A stretch of DNA of 64,000 nucleotides, counting the filler, from Perkinsus olseni (taxonomy: Eukaryota): NCBI GenBank assembly GCA_013115125.1. It is 20 parts of 20 records of this genome, joined end to end, with 100 filler letters (N's around TTAATTAATTAA, not from the genome) between each part and the next. Parts side by side here need not be neighbours in the genome. Positions count along the whole stretch, not along the records: positions 22,976 to 26,141 come from JABANN010001450.1; positions 26,242 to 29,382 come from JABANN010001451.1; positions 29,483 to 32,618 come from JABANN010001452.1; positions 32,719 to 35,829 come from JABANN010001455.1; 16 more parts are not named here. One strand, 5' to 3'. Numbering within the stretch: the first letter of the stretch is position 1; each line of letters starts with the position of its first letter. The position numbers were made by a program, and so were the translations under genes. The notes beneath the pieces were generated by a model. It saw only the letters and a program-made list of their open reading frames with translations, did no database searches and was not told where the DNA came from. Of the stretch, positions 23,730 to 35,929 are shown in pieces.

Positions 23730-25109
23730 TCGGGGGTGTATTACGGTTCGTACACCGAAAACTCGTACACTATCGCTTCGTACACGGCTCGTACACTGAA
23801 TACTCGATCACTCATTGGATTCATACATCGTCATTTCGTACACTTGAGACTCGTACACGTAATAGTCGTACTCATGATACTCGTACATATGATACTCGTT
23901 CATGTAGTGAATCGTACACATAAAGTTCGTACACGTGAATCTCATACACTGGCAACTCGTACACGAGCACGACTCGTACACTATGCTTGCTAAGTCGCAT
24001 TTTTGGGCAGCGCGCTGGATGCAATGACGGAGCGAAGGAAGTTATATTGTCTATAGGGAGCGAACTGCTCGCGCCACTCTGTGAGAAAAAGTTCACTAGT
24101 GTGAGTGGTATGGTGGTTAAGGTAGAGGACTCTCGCTCGGAACACCGCAGGTTCGATCCTATGTGCAGAGACTCCCTTACCTGCGAGGAAGCTGAGCGGT
24201 ACTAAGTGTAATGCTTTTGTGTTAGCTGTGATGATACAGATATCTTAGCTTAGCTCATTTATAGCCTACTACACTGTTCCATTACCACTTATCTTATTTT
24301 CTATATACTTGTTACCTATTATCCTTGGGTATTGAGTTCCCATGCTCCTCAACGTGCCGCCCTTGAGCATGCTGTTGTTGAGCATAATGATGTTGTAGCT
24401 GATGATGACGATTCGAACCTTTCTGATGATACTGATGTTGATGCTGTCTCCCAATCTATCCCTTCCAATCACGATGAGAATGTTCGCATTTCTCGCGTGT
24501 CTGGTAGAGTGATTCGCACACCCGATCGCTATTCGCATTAACTCTTTCTCTCAAATGTCGAGGGTGGAAATACTGCAATGTTCTTGTATTAGCTGTGATG
24601 ATACAGATATCTTAGCTTAGCTCATTTATAGCCTACTACACTGTTCCATAACCACTTATCTTATCTTCTATATACTTGTTACCTATTATCCTTGTGTATT
24701 GAGTTCCCAATTACATAAGTGGCGCGAGAGCCCCGGCGGAGCCGGCGCGAAGACTTTTAGGCAAGTCGCGGAGCAGCTCCGCGACTTGCCAAAAATATTT
24801 TCGGGGAGTGTACGAAATGACGGTGTACGACTTGAAACTGGGGTTGTGTACGAAATGACAGTGTATGAAATGCTGGTATACCAGTTGGAAGTGTACGACT
24901 ATTATGTGTACGGGTGTCATATGTACGGGTACTACGTATACGAGCATCATGTTTACAAGTTTTATATGTACGAATCCCTCGTGTATGAGTATTTTGTGTA
25001 TGACTATACGGTGTACGAGTATTTCGTGTACGATTAGAAAGTGTATGAGTATTGGAGACATGAGTCGAAAATGTACGACTATTTGGTGTACGAAACGTGA
25101 AAATCCCGA
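23730..25109. mobile_element. Non-autonomous foldback / Mutator(Phantom)-like element with tandem-repeat TIRs
   Basis: Left arm 23745-23985 is tandem ~15-bp units with core tcgtacac. Right arm 24805-25095 has the reverse complement gtgtacga. Termini tcggg..acggttcgtacacc and ggtgtacgaaacgt..cccga. No TSD seen. Confidence 0.7.
24207..24715 (+). mobile_element. TRIM-like internally deleted LTR retroelement, 509 bp
   Basis: Direct repeats 24207-24342 and 24574-24715, outer termini TGTAAT...ATTACA, 4-bp TSD TAAG (24203-24206, 24716-24719), purine tract gagggtggaaa before the 3' LTR, pol-tail remnant RVSGRVIRTPDRYSH*. Confidence 0.88.
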
Positions 25110-25461
25110 TCTAACACTAGAGGATGATCTGCTGGGATTACCATCTGATAAGGATAGAGGTAGCAGGTAACCACTCCGGTGAAGCCTCGCCTTGCCTATG
25201 GGCTCACAGTTGTCGCGGCGGTGGAGCGGGAAGCCCCTAAGCTCTCGCGTAACCTGTCACTCCACGACATTACCAAGGCCCTCAGCGCTCTGGCGCGGGC
25301 GTTTACGCCTGAAGCCCCTGCCACGGCGGGTGCCATCTGGTGGACACCTCGGGTAGGGAAGCTGAAGACTAAGTTCCAGAGGGCCCAGTGGCGATATCAC
25401 CGTCATAAGCGCGAGCACGGCCCTGACGCCCCTCTACGGTTCATCAAAGTGGGATGCGTAG

Positions 25462-26141
25462 TGTAGAGATTGTCCCTGTATTACACAATAATTGTCTTCG
25501 ATTTCAAGTTTTTGCTGTGTTGCATATAGCGTGACGCTAGAGCGCATTACTCAGATGTTATTGTTATTTAAGCTCGTGTAAAGCCTACGACCTTTACTCA
25601 TAACGAGTGTCTTGGGTTCGGTTTAATTTACTACAATGGTACCCGATGCAGTTAATACTCCGGTTCCGACAACCCCTATTAATGCTGGTTTCCCTACTTT
25701 GGCTGGTCTTGGTAATGTTGGTACAGCCGGTCCTGTACAGCGAATTGCGGTTCTACTTGGTATTCCAGAGAGTAGTGTCCGGTTTCTTAGGCCCAGTGAC
25801 TTTGAGAGGGCTGAGAGGTCTTTAAGTTTAGCTGATCGGTTGACGTTCCGTCAGCTGGTTGAGCAGGCGGGGCTGAATGCCACGCCGGTTGTTCATGCTG
25901 TTTCTGAGGATCATTCGGATGGGCACTCTTATATTTCCGATTATCTTCGAGATGCTGTTACTACTGATAGTAGTGGGGCCGATACTAAGAGGATTACGGC
26001 CACGGCGCAGTTACCTATCCCGGATGGCATGCAGTATGGTGGGGAAGACGACATCAGGCCAGTTTCTGCTTGGATAAGATCCTTCTCACAAGTAGTGCGG
26101 ATTTATCGTTTGGATGCAGAGACATGTTGGTCATTTCTCAT
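25462..26141 (+). mobile_element. 5' LTR (25462-25635), PBS and start of gag of an LTR retrotransposon
   Basis: 174-bp segment with TGTAG...CTACA termini, then a-TGGTACCCGATG (PBS-like). ORF from 25636 carries gag-like YGGEDDIRPVSAWIRSF. Confidence 0.65.
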
Positions 26142-26241
26142 NNNNNNNNNNNNNNNNNNNNNNNNNNNNNNNNNNNNNNNNNNNNTTAATTAATTAANNN
26201 NNNNNNNNNNNNNNNNNNNNNNNNNNNNNNNNNNNNNNNNN

Positions 26242-26606
26242 CTATCACCGACGGAGACCTTGGCGAGCCTCTGGTTGAAGAAGAGCGTCTTCCAGAAGGA
26301 ATCTTTGATGAGCTCGTGAACTTCCCCTCGGCATTGTAGCTCGGTTCGGTCTAGGTCGACCTGCCTCGCGTCGATGGTGTCGAAGCAAGTGCCGAAGATT
26401 TCATCCATGATTCGGAATCTCTCCTGCGTATCGGGAGTGGGGTCGTGACAGCAGATGTCGTACGAAAAGAAGCCGTCCCAGCATCCCCCCTGATGGTTGG
26501 GGTCGCAGCAGACATCAGGCGACAGGGTACCGGAGAACCAACAGGCCCGATGGCCGATAGCCGTAGCTCCCACCACTATGTTCAGGAATAACGCCGAGAG
26601 ACTCAT
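26242..26606 (-). CDS. Secreted or membrane protein N-terminus with two CW...CC repeats, truncated
   Basis: MSLSALFLNIVVGATA followed by CWFSGTLSPDVCC and CWDGFFSYDICC. Confidence 0.6.
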
Positions 26607-28079
26607 TTCAAAACCTTCGAGGGACCTGCAAACACCAACTGAAAATATCACCGTTCAGAGTCACGATTCGTTTCCTCCTACAAAATCTCGGCTCTACCTC
26701 AAACTACCACTTTTGTTCGGGTGTCTTCCGAGGCTTTATTCTAGTTCTAGGAACGAAGCTCGCAAAACACTTGACATACCACCCCCACCCTAGCTAAAGT
26801 GTTCATTCCGCACGGCGGTATGGAGGAGGAGAGAGCACAGTGTACAGATTCTCTATTCAACCACTACTCGTAACAATGGAGGATATCTTCAGGACGTCGT
26901 CAGCTGCCATGATCGAAGTCGTGCCTACGTCTATATCCAGCTTCTCGGTCTCGACGAAGACAATCGAGCCCCGTCTCCGGTGTTCCACCATCCACCGGTA
27001 TTCATGCGAAAGCATACTAAGTTGCGTTATAACTCATCAGCAACAGACTGAACGAATTACCGCATCGGTTTCTTAGGTGACCAACATACACTCGACTCGC
27101 ATTCACTTCAGCGATAGCGCTGTTCCCTGCATCTTCAATCAATCAGTTCTCCGGTTCGCCAACATCGCGAGGATATCATCGACTAAGTTTGACGATAAGA
27201 TCCACGTCACCTCAATCTCACACCAATTAATCACATCAATTCTTCCGATTCTTCTCGATCTCGGGTCCCATCCTTACACTACCCGCTAATAGCGATTCGA
27301 CCATCCGTATCGATGTTTAGCCTACGTTAGCGTCGTTAACATGGGTGATTACTCGCTTCCGCCTTGCTACCCGCTTATGTGTGAATCGGCAAAAATGCGC
27401 CTTCATACATCGACCAGTAAACGATACAGGTTGCCTCGAAGCGCGTTGCCGGCTTGCACGCCATAGACAATTGGGCCAAGATAAAGGTTTGCCTTGGTTG
27501 AGCTTGACACCCTCTACGAGAGGACGTCTTTCTCACAAATTCGGCGCCCGCCCAACGGGATAGGGACAGAGGGTTCCACATGGCTAGTAGCTAGCATAGC
27601 TTACGCTGCGCAAGCTAGAATCAAGTTTCTACGTACACGTACTGGTCACCAGGACATCCTGCCGATTCTTGCCTGAACACCAGAATCTGGTCTTTAGCTG
27701 TCAGTCGGCATGTCGGTGTCGTGCTACTTCTCTAACGTGACGCGTGGGACCCACGCTGATCGGTTAGTCAGCGTGACCCACGGCGTGGGTCGCTAACCGA
27801 TTACCTTTGTGAGCCCGCCTCGCCCTCCACGAATAAATCAAGGTTTCGGGGTGCATTGTCTACATTATTTGGGCCATGACTTCGATACTGGTTGCTCGGG
27901 CGTAGCCAACTCAACTGCTGCGCTTTAGTGCACTCTGCAGGGAGTTTCCGGGGCAGATTCGAGCGACTGGATAGTTTCCAACACTGAGGGGCGTCAGCAG
28001 AATCCATCACTGATGGACCATTGGCAAAGTTCTCTTTTCAGTTCTTGTGAGACCGTATTACTAATTCGCGGAATTCTTG

Positions 28080-29382
28080 ATGCCACGAATACTCAAGACA
28101 TGCAGCTTAATGATATCATCAATCTTCGCCAGAGGAGAGAGGGTAGATAAAATTGGACCAGGACGTTACTACGGGGCCACTTCAACTGCTGTCGGCACGC
28201 TGGGGTGGATAGAAATGAATGTTTTCCAAACCACGGATGACGATATCCAGGCTTGGTTCCTATTTTGCAGCGCGAATGAGAGAGTGAGAATGCCACAAGA
28301 ACAGGCGACGGTTGTTTTGAATCGGAGGCGAAGTCATCACTAAATTCGAGTACCGGAGGGCCAGGCGAAGAAGATTCCTTCATGCAACTGCTGGGCACTC
28401 AAGAAGCATAAAGTCTACGTAGATGAGCTCCGCCGTGTCTACGGTATTTTCTCAATCGAGGAGAGCGGCTCAATAACTTCATCGTTTAATCTTTGTTGGA
28501 ATTCGAGTAATTGGGTTGTCTTCTTCAGCAGCGAAATCAGACGTAGAAATCTTTATGGAGTCTCTTTGCCGGTCATCATAAGGAGACAATACGATTACGT
28601 GGAAGAGCCCCTCTCAAGAACCACAGATGGTAGTATTGTTGAGCGAAAGAGACCTTCTCGCAAAAATCCGGCCTTACGTCATTTTTTCAGACGTACTACA
28701 TCCTAGAACGCCGACCACAAGCTCTACTCTTGGGGATACACCAGTAATGAGGACGGACTCTATACTAGCACGTTTACTTACCGTACCCCTTACTGAACAC
28801 CCGTTACCGCTGAGCCTCAACCGCAGGGTGAATAAGATTGAACCAGGAAGTTACTACGGTGCCACTTCAAGCGCTATCGGCATGCTGGGGTGGATAGAAA
28901 TGACCGTGCTTCCCTCACCGGGTGAGGATATCGATCTTTGGCTTCGGTTTGGCAACGATAGGATGAGTGACAGGATGCCGAGAGAAGAAAATACGACCGT
29001 TGTGCTGAATCGGAAATCATTGAGACGCACGATTCAGGCAATTGGAGGGCATAGGATATATAAGATCATGGGAAGCAATTGTTGGGCTCTTCCAAGGCAG
29101 CAACAGTCTATTAATATGCTTTCACGTATCTACAGTAAGTTCGCAATAAAACGAGAAAGTCAACTGACTTCTTCATTTCACTTCTGTCGGAATGAAGAAA
29201 ATTGGGTGCTATACCTCGGTGGCCGAAGCCGGTTTAAGAGCGTGGTCGATGAGTTGTTCTATCCAGTGGTGATGGGCGTGAAAAAAGATCGTCCTCGAAC
29301 AAGTTCGGTAGACGCAGTCGGTAGAACGGTTGAAGGAGATGAATCGCCTCTCCATCACCCATCAAGCATACAAACGGTCGAT
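28080..29382 (+). CDS. Lineage-specific repeated-domain protein; first domain copy interrupted
   Basis: Internal duplication: RVDKIGPGRYYGATSTAVGTLGWIEMNV versus RVNKIEPGSYYGATSSAIGMLGWIEMTV. Stop at 28341-28343 in the first copy. Confidence 0.6.
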
Positions 29383-29482
29383 NNNNNNNNNNNNNNNNNN
29401 NNNNNNNNNNNNNNNNNNNNNNNNNNTTAATTAATTAANNNNNNNNNNNNNNNNNNNNNNNNNNNNNNNNNNNNNNNNNNNN

Positions 29483-29835
29483 CAGCAGCAGCAGCATCAT
29501 CACCGATTCATCATCATACCTCCCCACCACCACCATCAATCGAATCCGGTGAGTATTATCATTATCAGGTTACCTGCCTTGAGAAGGAATTATCTCGGAT
29601 ATATGGTGGGCATGATGATACTAACAACAACAATATTACTACTGTGCTAGACAAAAAATAATTATAACAACAACCACAGCAGTACTGCAAGAAGTACTTC
29701 TAATGCCGTTTTGCTTATTATTCGACCTACAACCTTTGAAGTTTGTGATAATATTCATAATAATTACCTTCAGGTTGCCTTACTAGTATCATATCTCATA
29801 CATTTTGCCTGTGCTGCTACTGCTACTGCTGCTGT

Positions 29836-29879
<44 letters not shown>

Positions 29880-30762
29880 TCGTTCTTGCTCCGATGATGT
29901 TCTTCGATTCGCTTCTTCATCCACTCGGCGTTGTTGTTGTTGTTGGTCTTGGTTACGACCGTCAATTATCGTATCATCATCACCCCTCGGCCTCCCTAGT
30001 GGTATTAGCATTATGATGATCATTAAGGTGATGGTGGTGAGGCTGTGTTTGATGTTCGTCGTCGTGTTTATGGTGGTGTATCCGCGTGACCAGCTCGGTG
30101 GTCGTTATTCTGCTTTATTTTATATTAATGACAGCAACAACAACAACATGCATCACTAAGGGCCTACCACCATCACCATCAAGCTGCCACTCTTCTCACA
30201 ACCAGTCTCACGATAGCATGCATGTGAGCATGCATGATGATGATAGCAAGACGCGACCAGCAGCAGGAGCAGCAGGGATAATGGGAGGTAGGCATCAACT
30301 CAATACACAACAACAATATTGTAGGATTACTTTTACCATTATCATCTCCTGCTCAACAATATTATTCCAGTCCCGCCTGTGCTAACCACCACCACCATTC
30401 CCACAACAACACCATCATGTGCACCCTTCACCTCTACTACTACTGCTGGTAGTAGTAGTACTCATCATGACGGCAAGGATGATACAGATAAGTAGTGTTG
30501 TGAGTATCCTCATGCTGCCTTCAAATATGATGATGCTCATGCTAGCACCAGGGCTGTTCTTGCTGGCGATGATGGCGAGGAGGAGGATGTGGGCATTATG
30601 ATGATGATAATATCGGATCATCGTAAATATGAATTGGAAAGGCGTAAATTATGGGAACAAGTTCACACTGGTCATGCCACATTATTAACAAATAGATTCA
30701 CTAATGATGATAATACAAGACAGTAATAATAATAACCACCAACAGCAGCAGCAGCAACAGCC

Positions 30763-30816
<54 letters not shown>

Positions 30817-32557
30817 TCGCTACGTGATTGGTGATGAGTAATCCTGTTTCAGGTCATTTGATGTTATGTACCATAACGCGTTGAGTCTCGTGCAAGCGGC
30901 TATCAACAACAACGCTGGCCCTGCTGCTGCTGTTGATGACGATGATGGTGAGAAGGAATCAACAGTACGATCAACATCATCAGTAACAGCAGCAGTAGCA
31001 GTAGCAGTAGCAGCAGCAGCAGCAGCAGTAGCATCATCGTCTACGTGTGTTGTTGATGGTATGAAGCATATGATGGAAAGAGGNNNNNNNNNNNNNNNNN
31101 NNNNNNNNNNNNNNNNNNNNNNNNNNNNNNNNNNNNNNNNNNNNNNNNNNNNNNNNNNNNNNNNNNNNNNNNNNNNNNNNTAGCAGCAGCAGCAGCAGCA
31201 GTAGCATCATCGTCTACGTGTGTTGTTGATGGTATGAAGCATATGATGGAAAGAGGTGGCGAAGAAGGAGAGGGATACAATACTATATACCATATTAAGG
31301 GCAATAAGTATCCTCATCATCATCATCATCATCATTGTCATAATATCGCAGAAATCAGTAAAGTACTATCAATGATTCACACTATGCAACGTAACAAGAC
31401 GGGGACGTTATTATCAACACCCACCACACATGCTACACTTGCCCCATACCATAATCATGGCATGGTTCAACACAAGACTGACACTACTGATGTAGTCGGT
31501 GATAATGGGGAGAAGGAGGAGGAGTATAATAGTACTAGCAATAGTAGTTGTAAAAGAAGGACAACACTAGATACTGCTGCTGCTGCTGGTCCTGGTGCTG
31601 ATGGTGGTGTGGATGATGATGATCGAGATGAAGACTGTATTATCACAGTATCAACTCCACAACAAGTGGTGTCTCCTCCGCAATGTGGTAGTAGTCAGGA
31701 TTGTAACACAGATGATACTAATGATCATCACTATTATCATAATACTAGTCATGGTAGGGATGATGAGGAATCCTCATCATCATTAGTATCATCTGCTTCT
31801 GCTGGTGCTGGTGCTGGTGCTGGTGCTGGTGCTGGTGCTGGTGCTGCTGTTCATACCCATCATACACGTAAATGCATTCAACAATGCATTCTACAGTAAC
31901 GCATTGTACATGCGTAGATCATCCAGTTGGATGATGAGACGGAAGGAGAAGAAGAAGAAGAAGAAGAAGAAGAAGAAGAAGAAGAAGAAGAAGAAGAAGA
32001 AAAGGCGTCTCATAACTATATTACCCTAATCGTCGTGCTGTAATGGTGATTATCAAGTACATCATTACCATCGTGCTACTCCTCTATGTATATACATTCA
32101 GACTGTCATGATTAAGATGATGGTAGTGAGGGTGGTGGTAGGGTTAATGATTATCATGTTATACACGTGTTGAGTTGCAATTGTTGGTTGCAAGTTTTGT
32201 GATGTCTTCATCATCGTCGTAGTGATTATGATGATTGTCAGAGTAGTAGTAGTATTATCATTCATTCAGGTTTTCATAACCTCCATTACCTTATTAATAT
32301 TGCCATGCTGTTGCCATCATCAGCACCCCTTGGAGGTATTAATCACCGTAAAGTCGCGGATGATGCTGATGCTGATGCTGCTGCTGCTGATATTCTTGTT
32401 GATACCTCGAGCGATGATGATGATAATCTCTCTGACCATGACAGTCATCGTCAGCATCATCATGTCCAACAGAAGGAGTTTGGTGGTGGTGGTGGTAGTG
32501 GTGATGGGGTATCACTATGGGATATTAGTAGCCTTCCTCCTATTCATCATCATCATC

Positions 32558-32618
<61 letters not shown>
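29483..32618. repeat. Contig rich in trinucleotide microsatellites: (GAT)n, (GTA)n, (CAG)n, (GAA)n, (CAA)n, (GCTGGT)n
   Basis: Long perfect runs near 29836-29878, 30763-30814, 31801-31845, 31948-32000 and 32557-32618. May include low-complexity exons. Confidence 0.9.
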
Positions 32619-34383
32619 NNNNNNNNNNNNNNNNNNNNNNNNNNNNNNNNNNNNNNNNNNNNTTAATTAATTAANNNNNNNNNNNNNNNNNNNNNNNNNN
32701 NNNNNNNNNNNNNNNNNNTGAGGCGCGCGACGGGGCCCCTCCCCCAGCGCGCAGAGAGCGAAAAGGGCGGAGCGACGCCGTTCACCTAGTCAGCGAGTAA
32801 CATACGAGTAGTTCGCGTTGCGTGAAAAAGCAGGAAGAACTGAGATATATCGTAAGCATTTCGAATATAAATGAGGCTATCAGTGATAACTTACCTTATT
32901 AAACGTGTATATTGTCTAAGAAACTTGATTCATTGACGATGGAACGAAACATAAAGTAGAAATAAGAAATCCACTATCTATAATCATTACGAACTGAGGA
33001 TGAAACTGGATTGTTAACTTCAATAAAGCTTTTAAGGGACATACAATTATACAGAAGTTGGACCTTTGAAGGGTGCAACCCAGTATAACTGGGTTACTGG
33101 GCCAGTAGCCGTTGAAACTACAACCAGAATTGTTCAAAACAGTAAATCATAACTATTAAGCATATGGCGAATCGTGAATGAAGTATCTTCCAATCATAGA
33201 TATGTACACCTCAAAATATTAAGAGCTCTTCAAAAAATCTAATCACCGAAACTTGGTCTCATGCAGCATCTACTCTTCTTGAACCTGGCGAGGACATGAA
33301 TAGAAATAAAACGGAACTAGCGAAAAAATGAGATACTGATTCTAAGTGAAAATAGATTTGAACTATTTTCCAACATATTGGAGTACCGTATTCTTCATAG
33401 ACGCGTGAATATTCAACAGTCGGTATGATGCAGTACGAAATATCATTCAGTGTAAACTTAACTTAAGATAATTGTAGCGAATCAAAGGATCTCCCTACTT
33501 ACACGAGTAGTGATCAGTTTTTACTACAAAAAAATTGTGAAGATTATACACTTACTATATCGAAACCATGTGATAACGCTACGACAAAACGAAATTTGCA
33601 TTATTATGTATCAAAACATAGAACACAATACAACACTTACAATATGTACAACATTTCCAATATTAGAATAATTTCATACATAGGCTTACAGTAAGCCGCT
33701 TACTTTACTAGACACTGAACATTCCTTTGAAGTTGAAAGTACGCAACTAGGACATCTAATATTACACCCTCTCGCATTGCTGTTAAAATCACTTCTAAAC
33801 GACTATGTGATAAAGGTTTATTTAAAATTCAAGACATTTAGCACATTTAGTTCCTATCTCATTTTAACATTATTCAGCAAAAACCTTTTCAAATGCCAGA
33901 TATATCTTCAAAGTTTAACATAGTTGGAGAAAAATGGAACCAACTACTAATTTTCAATTATCATGTCTGACAGGACTTAAACTTCAGATCTTGAAGTACT
34001 TGTAGCGCGGTTAACGCTTCTTGTTTCAGAATCGCTCTCTTTACTGTCTTCTTCGACATCAGGTCTTTTTCTAACAGATGGGCGACCTAAAAACGAACCA
34101 TTGAATGACACTAATAGTATATGCCCAGTGCCTAGTGTACGTGCGTACCATGATATTCAGGACTATTCCGGAATTTGATTCGAATCGCTGTATATAAAGA
34201 AAACTCTAGAGCATAATACGAAACAATACAAAAGATACACTTTTCAAAATCCATGTGCATGCTGCACACTCTCCTAATCTCCTAATCTCAGATGAAGATT
34301 CTGCAAAACGTGCAAATTTATAATAATAAGATGAATACTTGATCGAGTGTCTATCCCTCACTTGCGCGCACGAACGAACAATA

Positions 34384-35424
34384 TCACCATAAGTGAAACA
34401 TCCGTAAACGAAAGCCTATGAGCCCAGTTTTCTCACTTCTAACCTTCCCTTTCACTGGAGGGATACTCTTCGGTTGATAACGTTCTTCTAAAGCTTGCTT
34501 CTCAAGTTCTGCGGTACTGAATAGTGGTCGTAAATATACTACATGAAACATCCGTACAACAGGCAGAGAAAATTCTTCTGTTTCTTGAGCCGGTTTACTC
34601 CATCCACCAATATCCCAAGCGGAAATTTTAGACAAAATGTTTGAACAACATGTTTTTACATCTTGCAGATTGAACTGGTTCCACTGAGACGAACGGAGAG
34701 CACTATCATCGAGAAAAATGGAGGAGAAAGTTAATCCACTTGCAGTAGAACCATTGAGCAGCAGCTCAATTTCATCATTTGAACTGTCTTGAACGATATC
34801 GACATCTGCTTCCAGAACGAACCCTGGTAATGCTGGCTTTGAGACACAGCCGCTATTAGTTACACCAGATGGTAACGGCAAACGGTTTCATAGTGTTCCA
34901 CCACATGATGATATTAGCCTGAAACTACTCAAGCGTAACTTGATACTCTTTAGATAGAACCCAGCGTAAGACACACCATGTGCTTGAAGTTGGAGGTCTG
35001 TAAGAGGTGAAGTTACATCAAACTTGTAGAGTGGATGACTAACACGGAGTACTGCTGTAGCTCGACTCTCATCAAGATATTGTTGAAGAAATCTTGGTTC
35101 TACTAGGACAATAACATCCCCCACTCTAAAGTTAACGTCGTTCAACATTTGCTTAGTGACATCGACATTTCGACAGAATATCACGCAGCAAGATGTTGAG
35201 GCAAGATCACCCATCAATATGAAGCGATCATACTCAGCCAAAGACTGCGCTGCTCGACCAGAAGTACGACGATAAGTATAAAGCGGCATCCTTGTAGCTC
35301 GTTCAGAACGACGAATATTCAATAATCGCAATGGTAGTTTTGCTTGATCACAAGATTGGCCTTGTAGCACTTCAGACAAATTGATAGTTCTGTATGAAGT
35401 TATAACATCGGCAGAGAGGGACAT
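34384..35424 (-). CDS. Hypothetical ~346-codon reading frame with a single in-frame TGA (34888-34890)
   Basis: ORFs 34888-35424 and 34384-34881 are in the same frame: ...LISSCGGTL*NRLPLPSGVTNSGCVS... Confidence 0.65.
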
Positions 35425-35929
35425 GAGGGTAATTCATAAGCTATTAGCATATCGAATATGCAATACCCTATAAACCGTTGTTCAAAATATTTAGCACAAA
35501 CTCGCCACTTATCCCACTTTTCCTCTTGTCTTTTTGGAACAATTGACAGTATCATAGCTTTCCATTGTTTAACTTTTGTCATACTGTTCTTGAAAAGATC
35601 ATTATTCTACCCCACACATCAAAAACTAACACAACATTACATGAGGAATGCGGATTTAGAGTGAAATCATCTCGGTTAAGTATACAATTATGGCGGCCGG
35701 GGCCCCCGAAACCGGGGGCCCCGGCCCCCAGGGGTTATTGGAACGAGGGGGTTAGGCAAACGGTTTTTGGGCCACAAACCACGATTTTATAAAATTGGGG
35801 GACGGTATTGGGGCCCCCAAGGAAATTTANNNNNNNNNNNNNNNNNNNNNNNNNNNNNNNNNNNNNNNNNNNNTTAATTAATTAANNNNNNNNNNNNNNN
35901 NNNNNNNNNNNNNNNNNNNNNNNNNNNNN

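Noticed and set aside
23721..25170. Tyr/Val/His-rich ORFs
   Set aside because: They are translations of the tandem TIR units of the foldback element.
31010..31260. Direct duplication flanking an N gap; the same occurs at 40495-40745
   Set aside because: Identical sequence on both sides of a ~100-N gap indicates unmerged overlapping contig ends.
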